The notes under the pieces: model-generated | Database searches by the model: none | What the model was told of the DNA's origin: nothing | The model's input: only the letters and a program-made list of their open reading frames with translations | Position numbers and translations under genes: made by a program | Assembly (NCBI GenBank): GCA_963720785.1 | Contig: CAVRGQ010000009.1 | Location: forward strand, 695,813 to 759,812 | From: an uncultured Actinomycetes bacterium | Lineage (GTDB): Bacteria; Actinomycetota; Acidimicrobiia; IMCC26256; DASPTH01 | Direction of reading: 5' to 3' | Length of the DNA stretch: 64,000 nt | Shown here: positions 37,430 through 46,442 of the stretch, piece by piece | Layout of the letters: each line of letters begins with the position of its first letter | Position numbering within the stretch: the first letter of the stretch is position 1

Positions 37430-38503
37430 GCGAGCCCCGCACCGTCGTCGTCACCGGCGGCGCCGGCTACATCGGCAGCCACACGTGTGTCGTCCTCCTC
37501 GACGCCGGCTGGCACGTGGTGGTGATCGACAACCTCGACAACAGCAGCGAGGTGGCGATCGACCGTGTGCGCGAACTGGCGGCCGGCGGCGGCGAGCGTC
37601 TGGAGTTCGTGCGCGGCGACATCCGCGAGCCCGCCGACCTCGACCGCGCGTTCGCCGCAGGCCCCGACCGACGCGCCGGCGAGCGCGGTGATCCACTTCG
37701 CGGGGCGCAAGGCCGTCGGCGAGTCGGTCGACCACCCGCTCTGGTACTACGACCACAACGTCACCGGCACCGTGCGCCTGCTGCAGGCGATGCAGCGCCA
37801 CGGTGTGCACGACCTCGTGTTCTCGTCGTCGTGCACCGTGTACGGCGAACCCGAACGCGTGCCGATCACGGAGGACTGCGCGCTCAGCGCCATGAGCCCG
37901 TACGGCCGCAGCAAGCTGCAGATCGAGGACATGTTCCGCGACCTGGCCGCCACACCGTCGTCGTCGCCCGACGCCGCGCCCGATCCGGGCTGGCGCATCG
38001 CCCTGCTGCGCTACTTCAACCCGGTGGGCGCGCACCCGAGCGGGCGCATCGGTGAGGACCCGGTCGGCATCCCCAACAACCTGATGCCGTACATCATGCA
38101 GGTGGCCGTCGGGGTGCGTGACCACCTCACCGTGCACGGCGACGACTACCCCACCCCCGACGGCACCGCGGTCCGCGACTACTTGCACGTGATGGACCTC
38201 GCCGAGGGTCACCTCGCCGCACTGGAGCGCATCGACCGCATCGACGGCGCCGTGCCCGTGAACCTCGGTACCGGCGTGGGGTCGTCGGTCCTCGACGTGG
38301 TGCACGCAGCACGCGAGGCGACGGGCCGCGCGATCCCCTACGAGATCGGACCCCGCCGACCGGGTGACGTCGTGGCCGCCTGGGCCGACGCCACCCTCGC
38401 CGCGGAACTGCTCGGCTGGCGCTCCACCCGCACGCTCGGCGAGATGTGCGCCGACCACTGGCGCTGGCAGGAGGCGAACCCCCAGGGATTCAGGCCCCAG
38501 TGA
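37426..38503 (+). pseudogene. galE: UDP-glucose 4-epimerase, frame broken once (+1) near 37661-37668
   Basis: MSEPRTVVVTGGAGYIGSH ... DIREPADLDRAFAAG reads from the ATG at 37426, which overlaps the hydrolase stop. It continues as AVIHFAGRKAVGES ... SPYGRSKLQIE ... RYFNPVGAHPSG in the frame of ORF 37565..38503. Length is 1078 nt = 3n+1. Confidence 0.85.
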
Positions 38504-38864
38504 ACTGCGCCATGTCGAAGTAGTCGCGCCACGCCTTGATCTTCCCGTCGGCGATCTCGAACGCGCCCATCACCGGCAGGGCCACCGTCTTGTCGCCCAT
38601 CACGATGGTGTCGGTGCGCTCGTTCATCACCAGGTTGCCGTCGGCCACCTGGCGGTGGATGGCGAAGTCGATGCCCCCGCTCATCCCCGCGAACATCTCG
38701 ATGACGCCACGGATCGCGTCACGACCCTCGGCGGGCTCGAGCGGGATGTTGTGGTACACCGCGTCGTCGGCGAAGTACGACATCACCTCGTCGACGTCCA
38801 ACTGCTTCCAGACGGCGCAGAACGCGCGCACCAGCGCGTCGGGATCGGTGGGGTGTTCGGGCAT
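38490..38864 (-). CDS. SnoaL-like / limonene-1,2-epoxide hydrolase-like (NTF2 fold) protein
   Basis: ORF 38490..38924 trimmed to the ATG at 38864 (GAGGAG RBS): FCAVWKQLDVDEVMSYFADDAVYHNIPLEPAEGRDAI ... GKIKAWRDYFD. Confidence 0.7.
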   Translation of the reverse strand: MPEHPTDPDALVRAFCAVWKQLDVDEVMSYFADDAVYHNIPLEPAEGRDAIRGVIEMFAGMSGGIDFAIHRQVADGNLVMNERTDTIVMGDKTVALPVMGAFEIADGKIKAWRDYFDMAQFTGA

Positions 38865-38906
38865 GGGTGGCTCCTCGAGAGTCGACGACGGCAGTAGGTT
38901 CCCCCG

Positions 38907-40436
38907 ATGCACGCACGTCGTCAACTCGCGCTCGCGGCAATCGCAGGGGGCCTGAGCCTCGCGCTGCTCCCGACCCTCCTCCCCGCGACGGCGACGGGCG
39001 CGGCCACCACGACGACGCCCGCGGCGACGCCCGCGGCCACGACCTCACCGGCGGCCGACGACTGGGCGATGCCCGGGCACGACCTCGACAACACGCGCGC
39101 CACCACCGACTCCCCGATCCGTGCCGCGAACGTGTCACAGCTCCAGGTCGCGTGGAAGGCACCGGTCGGCGGCTCGTTGAGCACGGTCCCGATCGTCGTC
39201 GGCGACACCGTGTACCTGCAGGACAGCGCGGGCGGGGTGTTCGCGCTCGACCGCGCCACCGGTGCGCAGCGCTGGCACGCCGACGGCACCGGGTTCAACA
39301 TCGGACCCTTCGGCGTTGCCGTCGAGGACGGCCGGGTGTTCGCGGTGAGCGGGTCCACCGGCGCGGTCGCGCTCGACGCGCAGACCGGCGCGGTCCTGTG
39401 GACCAAGCAGCTCACCACCACGCCCACCGAGGGTGTCGACATCCAGCCGCAGGTGGCCGACGGCACCGTGTACATCGCCACCGTGCCCATCAGCATCAAG
39501 GGCATCTACAAGGGCGGCGACCGCGGGATGTTGTACGCGCTCGACGCGAAGACCGGCGAGACGAAGTGGTCGTTCGACACGGTGAAGTCACCCGACCTGT
39601 GGGGCAACGCGGCGGTGAACTCGGGCGGCGGCGCGTGGTACACACCGGCGGTCGATCCACAGAAGCACCTCGTGTACTGGGGCGTCGCCAACCCGGCGCC
39701 CTTCCCCGGCACCGCGGAGTTCCCGAACGGTTCGAGCCGGCCGGGGGCGAACCTCTACACCGACTCGATCGTCGCCCTCGACACCCGCACCGGGAAGCTG
39801 AAGTGGTTCCACCAGGTGCAACCGCACGACCTCTTCGACCGCGACCAGGTGCACGCGCTGATCGCCACCACCACCGACGGCACGCGCGTCGCCGTGTCCG
39901 CGGGCAAGGGCGGCGTGATCGTCGGCCTCGACCCCGTCACCGGCAAGAAGCGCTGGCGCACGTTGGTCGGCACCCACCAGAACGACGAGCTCCAGGCCCT
40001 CGGCGGCCCCACGCAGGTCCTCCCCGGCACGTACGGCGGCATCGAGACGCCGCCCGCCACCGCCGACGGCGTGGTGTACGCCGCGGCGTTGAACGCACCG
40101 GTCACCCTCTCCCCCGACCAGATCGCCTACTTCGGGGCCAAGATGGGTCAGCGGCCGGGTGTCGTCGCCGCGGTCGACGCGAAGCGCGGGAAGGTGCTGT
40201 GGTCCACGGAGGTGCCGGGCGATCCGCTCGGCGCCGCGACCGTGGTGAACGACCTCGTGCTCACCACCGTGGTGCAGGGACAGCTCGTCGCCCTCGACCG
40301 CGCCAGCGGCACGATCGTGGCGACCATCGACCTCGGCGGCGGCACCAACGGCTGGCCCGCGGTCGCTGGCGACCGGTTGCTCGTCCCCGTCGGCAACGGC
40401 GCCTCGCCCCAACTCGTCGCCTTCAAGCTCGGCTGA
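38907..40436 (+). CDS. secreted PQQ-binding-like beta-propeller repeat protein (quinoprotein dehydrogenase-like)
   Basis: 509-aa ORF with a signal peptide and a Thr/Ala/Pro-rich linker. Repeated propeller motifs follow (GDTVYLQDSAGGVFALDRATGAQRW, GAVALDAQTGAVLW, MLYALDAKTGETKW, IVALDTRTGKLKW). Confidence 0.8.
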   Translation: MHARRQLALAAIAGGLSLALLPTLLPATATGAATTTTPAATPAATTSPAADDWAMPGHDLDNTRATTDSPIRAANVSQLQVAWKAPVGGSLSTVPIVVGDTVYLQDSAGGVFALDRATGAQRWHADGTGFNIGPFGVAVEDGRVFAVSGSTGAVALDAQTGAVLWTKQLTTTPTEGVDIQPQVADGTVYIATVPISIKGIYKGGDRGMLYALDAKTGETKWSFDTVKSPDLWGNAAVNSGGGAWYTPAVDPQKHLVYWGVANPAPFPGTAEFPNGSSRPGANLYTDSIVALDTRTGKLKWFHQVQPHDLFDRDQVHALIATTTDGTRVAVSAGKGGVIVGLDPVTGKKRWRTLVGTHQNDELQALGGPTQVLPGTYGGIETPPATADGVVYAAALNAPVTLSPDQIAYFGAKMGQRPGVVAAVDAKRGKVLWSTEVPGDPLGAATVVNDLVLTTVVQGQLVALDRASGTIVATIDLGGGTNGWPAVAGDRLLVPVGNGASPQLVAFKLG

Positions 40437-40450
40437 CCCTCTCGCTCGCC

Positions 40451-40500
40451 GAGCACGTGACAGTTGGGTGCCGTATGGACCCCTCAACTGTCACTTGCTC
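40451..40500. terminator. bidirectional hairpin between convergent genes
   Basis: GAGCACGTGACAGTTGGG (40451-40468) pairs with CCTCAACTGTCACTTGCTC (40482-40500), about 16 of 18 bp. It lies between the gene ends at 40436 (+) and 40513 (-). Confidence 0.6.
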
Positions 40501-40512
40501 GGGCAGAGCGGG

Positions 40513-41262
40513 TCAGGTGCCGGCGATGCGGGCGGTGGTACCGCCGTCGATCGGGACGACCGCGCCGGTGACGTAGCCCGCGCGGTCCGACGCGAGGAAC
40601 GACGCGACCTCGGCGATCTCCTCGGGTTGCGCGGCGCGCTTGAGCGCGGTGGCCGCGATCATCTGGGGGAAGCGCTCGCCCGCGCCCTTGCCGCCCGACA
40701 TCGCGGTCTCCACGAAGCCGGGGCAGATCGCGTTGGCGCGGATGCCCTCGTGGCCGTGCTCGAGCGCGGCGGCCTTGGTGATCATGATCACGCCGGCCTT
40801 CGCCGCCGAGTACACGCTCGTGTACGCCGAGCCGTTCATACCGCCGATCGACGCCCAGTTGAGGATCACACCGCCGCCGGTGGGCACCATCGCCTTGATG
40901 CCGTGCTTGGTGCCGAGCATCACGCCGAGCAGGTCGACCCCCATCACGCGGTCGTACTCCTCGGTGGTGAAGTCGACGAAGCGCCCGCCGCTGCCGATGC
41001 CCGCGACGTTCAGCACCGCGTCGACGCGACCGAACGCTTCGGTCGCCGCGCCGAACATCGCCTCGACCTGCGCTTCGTTGGTGACGTCGACCCGGCAGGG
41101 CACCACCGCGTCGCCGAGCGCGGCCGCGGTCTCCTCTTCCTGTCCGCTCACGTCGGCCGCCAGCACCTTCGCCCCCTCGCGCACGAAGACCTCGGCGCAC
41201 GCGCGGGCCATGCCCGATCCCGCGCCCGTGATCACCGCGACCTTGCCGTCGAGCTCTCCCAT
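40513..41262 (-). CDS. SDR family oxidoreductase
   Basis: 249-aa ORF: GKVAVITGAGSGMA, NVAG, YSAAKAGV, ICPGFVET. Confidence 0.9.
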   Translation of the reverse strand: MGELDGKVAVITGAGSGMARACAEVFVREGAKVLAADVSGQEEETAAALGDAVVPCRVDVTNEAQVEAMFGAATEAFGRVDAVLNVAGIGSGGRFVDFTTEEYDRVMGVDLLGVMLGTKHGIKAMVPTGGGVILNWASIGGMNGSAYTSVYSAAKAGVIMITKAAALEHGHEGIRANAICPGFVETAMSGGKGAGERFPQMIAATALKRAAQPEEIAEVASFLASDRAGYVTGAVVPIDGGTTARIAGT

Positions 41263-41296
41263 GGTTCCCCCTGTGTCGTCGTGACTCTTGTCGGAT

Positions 41297-43627
41297 TCAG
41301 TGACCGGCCGTCTCGGCGAGCCGCCGCACGATCGTGTCGGGCCGCACCGGCATGCGCAGGATCTCCACGCCGAACGGCGCGAGCGCGTCGTTCACCGCGT
41401 TGACCACGGCCGGCGGCGCGCCGATCGCGCCGCCTTCGCCCACGCCCTTGTAGCCACCCGGACCCGCGCCCATCGTGACCACGTGGCCGAACTCGATGGT
41501 CGGCACGTCGGACGCGGTGGGCACGAGGTAGTCGAGGAAGGTGGTGGCGAGCGGGTTGCCGTGCTCGTCGTACACCAGCTCCTCCAGCAGCGCGCCGCCG
41601 ATGCCCTGCACCGTGCCGCCCGCGATCTGCCCTTCGACGATGTCGGGGTTGATCATCGGGCCGCAGTCCTCGGCCACCACGTAGCGCAGCAGCTTCACCA
41701 TGCCGGTGGCGACGTCGACCTCGCAGGTGCACGCGTGCGTGGCGTTCGCCCAGTTCGGCATCATCGACGCGGTGTACCGCTCGCTGGCCTCGAGGCCGGC
41801 GTTCAGGCCCGGCGGGAGCATCGCGGGTTGGTAGTAGACCTTCGCCGCGATCTCGGCGACGGTGATCGCCGAGGCCGGCGTGCCGCGCACGAAGGCGCGG
41901 CCCTGCACGATGTCGATGTCCTCCGGTGCCGCCTCCAGCGAGTGCGCGGCGATGGCGACGAGTCGTTCGCGCAACACCTGCGCGGTGGCGGTGACCGCAC
42001 CCGCGAGCATCGAGCCGCTGCGGCTCCCGCCGGTGCCCGCGCCGTAGGGCGTGAGCGCGGTGTCGCCCTGGATGGTGGCGACGTCGTCGATGGGCACGCC
42101 GAGCGCGTCGGCAGTGAGCTGCACGACGGTGGTCTCCAGGCTGTTGCCGGAGGAGCCGCCCGCCACGTAGACGAGCACCTTGCCGCTCGGGTCGATGCGG
42201 ATGGTGGCGCCCTCGCTGCCGTAGTAGCCGACACCCGGGGTGGTGGGCTCGACGTAGCTGCACGTACCCACGCCGAGGTAGCGACCCTCCGCGCGCGCGG
42301 CAGTCTGCTCGGCGCGGAAGGCGTCGTAGTCGAGCAGTTCGAGCGCGTGGTCGAAGGTCTCGCGTGGTGACATGTGCGCGTAGGGCATGCCGACCGCGTT
42401 GGCGTAGGGCAGCTCGTCGGCGCTCAGCATGTTGCGGCGGCGCAGCTCGACGGGGTCGAGATCGAGCAGCCGCGCGGCGACGTCGAGCACCACCTCGCGC
42501 GCCATCGACTCGAACGCCCAGGGCCCGCGGTACGCGGTGCGCCCGGCCGTGTGCGAGAACACCGAGCGGTGCGTGAAGCTGGCGGCCGGGATGCGGTACG
42601 GCCCGGGGAAGATCATCCCGACGGCGGCGCCGGTGCCCACCGGCCACGGGATCGGGTAGGCGCCGCAGTCCTGGACGTGGTCGACCGCGGCGGCGAGCAG
42701 CGTGCCGTCGTCGGCGAACGCGAACGTGGTGTGCGCGTGCTCGTGACGGGCCTGACCCGCGGCCAGCAGGTTCTCGCGTCGGTCCTCGATCCACTTCAAC
42801 GCCGCCGGCACGAGCTGCGCGGCGAGCATCACCGCGACGTCCTCACGTCCGGGGACGACTTTCTGCCCGAACGCACCACCCGTGTCGCGCATGATCACGC
42901 GGATGCGGTGCTCGGGAACCCCGGTGACGCGCGAACACACGGAGCGCACCTCGTTGGGGCCCTGCGTGGCCGCCCAGATCGTGAACTCGCCGGTCGACGA
43001 GACCCACTCGGCCACGAGGCCCCGCGTCTCCATGGGCACCGCCGCGTACATCTGCTCGAACACGTCTTCCTCGACGACGAGGTGGGCGTCGGCGATGGCG
43101 GCATCGACGGCCTCGCGGTTGCCGCCGGCCATCTCGCCGACGACGTTGCCCGCGAAGCCCTCGTGGACGACGTGCTCCGAGTCGGCACCGAACTCGTAGT
43201 CGACCGCGGGCGTCAGCTCCGTGTAGTCGACCTCCACCAGTTCCGCCGCGTCCTCCGCGACATAGCGGTTGACGGCGACGACGAGGGCGACGGGATCACC
43301 TGCGAAGCGCGCCTCGCCCTCCGCGAGCGGCGGGAGCGGCGTGGTGGGCGCGCTCGACCCCATCCCCGTGTACCAGAGCTCCTGCACCCTCGGGTTCAGG
43401 TCGGCGCCGGTGAACACCGCCCGCACTCCGGGGTGGGCGAGCGCGGCACTCACGTCGATCGCGTCGATCCGGGCACGCGGGAACGGGCTGCGCACGAAGC
43501 AGGCGTGGAGCATGCCGGGGCGCACGATGTCGTCGACGTACGTGCCCTGCCCGGTGAGCAGGCGCGCGTCCTCGACGCGATGCACCCGTGTGCCGGAGTA
43601 GCGCGTCGCGCCGGCAACCTGCTCCAC
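41297..43627 (-). CDS. xanthine dehydrogenase / aerobic CO dehydrogenase family molybdopterin-binding large subunit
   Basis: 776-aa ORF with a GTG start. The N-terminal RVEDARLLTGQGTYVDDI and the large Mo-pterin binding domains are present (GGAFGQK, GSRS). No small (2Fe-2S) or medium (FAD) subunit gene lies nearby. Confidence 0.85.
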   Translation of the reverse strand: MEQVAGATRYSGTRVHRVEDARLLTGQGTYVDDIVRPGMLHACFVRSPFPRARIDAIDVSAALAHPGVRAVFTGADLNPRVQELWYTGMGSSAPTTPLPPLAEGEARFAGDPVALVVAVNRYVAEDAAELVEVDYTELTPAVDYEFGADSEHVVHEGFAGNVVGEMAGGNREAVDAAIADAHLVVEEDVFEQMYAAVPMETRGLVAEWVSSTGEFTIWAATQGPNEVRSVCSRVTGVPEHRIRVIMRDTGGAFGQKVVPGREDVAVMLAAQLVPAALKWIEDRRENLLAAGQARHEHAHTTFAFADDGTLLAAAVDHVQDCGAYPIPWPVGTGAAVGMIFPGPYRIPAASFTHRSVFSHTAGRTAYRGPWAFESMAREVVLDVAARLLDLDPVELRRRNMLSADELPYANAVGMPYAHMSPRETFDHALELLDYDAFRAEQTAARAEGRYLGVGTCSYVEPTTPGVGYYGSEGATIRIDPSGKVLVYVAGGSSGNSLETTVVQLTADALGVPIDDVATIQGDTALTPYGAGTGGSRSGSMLAGAVTATAQVLRERLVAIAAHSLEAAPEDIDIVQGRAFVRGTPASAITVAEIAAKVYYQPAMLPPGLNAGLEASERYTASMMPNWANATHACTCEVDVATGMVKLLRYVVAEDCGPMINPDIVEGQIAGGTVQGIGGALLEELVYDEHGNPLATTFLDYLVPTASDVPTIEFGHVVTMGAGPGGYKGVGEGGAIGAPPAVVNAVNDALAPFGVEILRMPVRPDTIVRRLAETAGH

Positions 43628-43651
43628 CAGTGTCCCCCCTCGGACCGAATC

Positions 43652-43663
43652 CTTCGACGTCGA
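43652..43663. promoter_or_regulatory. perfect 12-bp palindrome TTCGACGTCGAA upstream of the Mo-hydroxylase gene
   Basis: Read directly in the 44-bp spacer between the ACAD stop (43672) and the CoxL-like start (43627). It could be a small hairpin or an operator. Confidence 0.3.
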
Positions 43664-43671
43664 AAGACTAG

Positions 43672-44841
43672 TCAGGCCTTTGCTTCGCGAGCGCGGGCGA
43701 GGAGGCCACGCGCGATCACGATGCGCTGGATCTCGTTGGTGCCCTCGCCGATGATCATCAGCGGAGCGTCCCGCAGGTAGCGCTCCACCGGCAGCTCCTG
43801 GGTGTACCCCACGCCTCCGTGCACGCGCATCGACTCGGTGGCCACCTCGAACGCGGTCTCGCTGGCGAACAGCTTGGCCATGCCGGCCTCGACGTCGCAG
43901 CGCAGCCCCGCCTGTTTGCGCTCCGCCGCGGACACGGTGAGCAGGCGCGACGCCTCGATCTTCGTGGCCATGTCGGCGAGCTTGAGCTGGATGGCCTGGT
44001 GCTCCGCGATCGGCTTGCCCATCGTGACCCGCTGCTGCGAGTACTCAAGCGCGGCGTCGAACGCGGCGCGGGCCACCCCAACGGCGCGGGCGGCGATGTT
44101 GATGCGCCCCACTTCGAGCACGCCGAGGATCTGCGGCAGGCCGCGTCCGAGCTCGCCGAGCAGCGCGTCGGCCGGGAGCCGGTGCTCGTCGTACGCCATC
44201 TCGACCGTCTCGATGCCCTTGTACCCGAGCTTGGGGATGTTGCGCGACACCGTGAGCCCGCCGAACTTCGGCCCGGGCTCCTTCTCGACGATGAAGGCGG
44301 AGATGCCCTCCTCGGTGCGTGCGGCCAGCGCGACGATCCCGGCGCGCTCGCCGTTGGTGACCCACGTCTTCGTGCCGGTGACGACCCACTCGTCGCCGTC
44401 GCGCGCGGCGCGGCACTGGATGTTGCGGGTGTCGGTGCCCGCGTCGGGCTCCGACAGCGACAGCGCGCCCCGCACCTCGCCGGTGACCATGGTGGGCAGC
44501 CACTTCGCCTTCTGTTCGGCGGTGCCGAACGTGGTGATCAGCGTGGCGACCATCGTGTGCGTGTTGAGGATGCCCGACAGCGACATCCAGCCGTACGCGA
44601 GCTCCTCGATCACCCCGATGTAGGTGAGGAGGTCGAGACCGAGGCCGCCGTACTCCTCGGGCACGGTGATGCCGAAGAGGCCGAGCTCCTTCATCGTCTC
44701 GACGATCGCGGTGGGGAACTCGTCGGCGTGCTCGAGCTCGCTCGCGACCGGGATCACGTCGCGCGTCACGAAGCGGCGCACGGTCGCGATCATCTCGTCG
44801 CGGATCTCCGGATCCGTCGGCGTGTAAGTGGGCGAGGCCAT
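43672..44841 (-). CDS. acyl-CoA dehydrogenase
   Basis: ORF 43672..46128 trimmed to the ATG at 44841 (389 aa). It has LSEPDAGTD, and GGVGYTQELPVERYLRDAPLMIIGEGTNEIQRIVIAR with the catalytic Glu. Confidence 0.9.
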   Translation of the reverse strand: MASPTYTPTDPEIRDEMIATVRRFVTRDVIPVASELEHADEFPTAIVETMKELGLFGITVPEEYGGLGLDLLTYIGVIEELAYGWMSLSGILNTHTMVATLITTFGTAEQKAKWLPTMVTGEVRGALSLSEPDAGTDTRNIQCRAARDGDEWVVTGTKTWVTNGERAGIVALAARTEEGISAFIVEKEPGPKFGGLTVSRNIPKLGYKGIETVEMAYDEHRLPADALLGELGRGLPQILGVLEVGRINIAARAVGVARAAFDAALEYSQQRVTMGKPIAEHQAIQLKLADMATKIEASRLLTVSAAERKQAGLRCDVEAGMAKLFASETAFEVATESMRVHGGVGYTQELPVERYLRDAPLMIIGEGTNEIQRIVIARGLLARAREAKA

Positions 44842-45990
44842 CAGACGGTGAGGATGGAGACGCCGGCCGTGCCGGGGGCGCCATAGAGCTGGGTGTATCC
44901 GACCTTGGGCTCGTTGGGCACCTGCCGCTCGCCCGCCTGGCCCCGCAGCTGCAACACGATCTCGTGCACCTGACGCAGGCCCGACGCGCCGATCGGCTCG
45001 CCGTTGGCGATGAGGCCGCCATCGGTGTTCACCGGCAGCCGCCCACCGATCTCGGTCTCGCCGTCGAGGTAGAGCTGCTCCTGCTCGCCGTCGGCGCAGA
45101 AGCCGTTCTCGGCGAGGTGGATGATCTCCGCGCCGGCGTCGGTGTCCTGGAGCTGGATGACGTCGACGTCCTCCGGCCCGATGCCCGCCATCTCGTAGGC
45201 GGCGCGCGACGCGTCGACGGTGGGCGCCACCGTCTGCTCCTCGGGCAGCCACGTGCTGTGCACCTCGAACGCGCCGAGACGCCGCGTGCGCACCGTCGTC
45301 GCCCGCAGGTACACGGGCTTGTCGGTGTACTTGTGCGCATCCTCCGCCGGGCAGAAGACGACTGCCGCTGCACCTTCGTCGGGGCTGCAGAACATGTACT
45401 GCGTCAACGGATAGTTGAGCATCGGCGACTCGAGGATCTGCTCCTCGCTCATGGGCTTGCGCCGGAACGCGTTCTCGTTGAGCGCGCCGTTGCGCAGGTT
45501 CTTGTTCACGACTCGCGCGAGCGTCTCGTGCGAGATGCCGTGGTCGAGCATGTACTTGTTGATCTTCATCCCGAAGAACTTGGTGGTGAGGAACTCGCCG
45601 ACCTGGCCGTACCAGAGCGGGCAGGCGTAGTCGCGCGGGTCCGCGCTCGAACGCGCCCGGCGGGTGCTTGTCCATGCCCACCGCGATGCCGAGGCGGTGG
45701 TCGCCGAGGCGGATGGTGTTGGCCGCCATCGTCAGCGCGCTCGCCGCGGTGGCGCAGCCGTTGTACACGTCGGTGAACGGGATGCCGGTGAGGCCCATCA
45801 GCGCGACGACCGCGTCGGGATTGTCGACCTCGTAGCTCCCGCCGAACGCGAACTCGATGTCCTTCCACGCGACGCCCGCGTCGGCGAGCGCCCTGCGGAT
45901 CGCGACCGCACCCATCTGGATGCCCGACACGCCGGGGTGACGGCCGAACGGGTGGATCCCCACTCCCACGATGGCGACGTCCATGGCCAT
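44841..45990 (-). pseudogene. thiolase (SCP-x/nsLTP type, nucleophile Cys present), frame broken once (+1) near 45640-45645
   Basis: MAMDVAIVGVGIHPFGRH ... VYNGCATAASAL ... GMDKHPPGAFER reads from the ATG at 45990 (GAAGGAG RBS). It continues as DPRDYACPLWYGQVGEFLTTKFFGMKINKYM ... NTDGGLIANGEPIGASG in the frame of ORF 44841..45569. Length is 1150 nt = 3n+1. Confidence 0.8.
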
Positions 45991-45991
45991 G

Positions 45992-46438
45992 TCAGCTCTC
46001 CTTCGTGGGTGTGGCGGGCGCGAACGCGAACGACACGATCTCGTTGCCGTCGTCGTCGGTGCCGATCGGCAGGACGACCATCTCCAACTCGGCGCGGTTC
46101 GTGACCGCGGCGTTGAGCACGTCGGCATCGGTGGTGGTGAGGCGCGCCTCCACCTTCACCTCACCGAGGTCGACGAAGCCCACGCCGAACGGCACGAAGT
46201 CCTTGCCGACCGGGCCCACGTAGGGCGGCACGGGCGGCGGGAAGCTCTGCGTGGTCCACGCCCACAACGTGCCGCGGCGAGCGAGGAGGTGTTCCTCCAT
46301 CGCGATGGACGCACACCGCGGGCAGGAGTCCTGCACCGGGAAGGTGACGATGCCGCAGTCGGCGCACTTGCTGCCGATCAGTTGCGGGTCGTCGCCGGGC
46401 CACGTGAAGAGGCCCTCGGACACGGGGACCTGGGTCAT
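45992..46438 (-). CDS. DUF35 Zn-ribbon/OB-fold protein (thiolase partner)
   Basis: 148-aa ORF with the zinc ribbon CADCGIVTFPVQDSCPRC followed by an OB-fold (GTLWAWTT ... VGFVDLGE). Confidence 0.85.
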   Translation of the reverse strand: MTQVPVSEGLFTWPGDDPQLIGSKCADCGIVTFPVQDSCPRCASIAMEEHLLARRGTLWAWTTQSFPPPVPPYVGPVGKDFVPFGVGFVDLGEVKVEARLTTTDADVLNAAVTNRAELEMVVLPIGTDDDGNEIVSFAFAPATPTKES

Positions 46439-46442
46439 GCCG

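Noticed and set aside
38867-40576. 569-aa plus-strand ORF overlapping the PQQ-propeller gene in another frame
   Set aside because: Its Arg/Gly/His-rich composition is typical of an off-frame translation. The 38907..40436 frame carries the signal peptide and the repeated propeller motifs.
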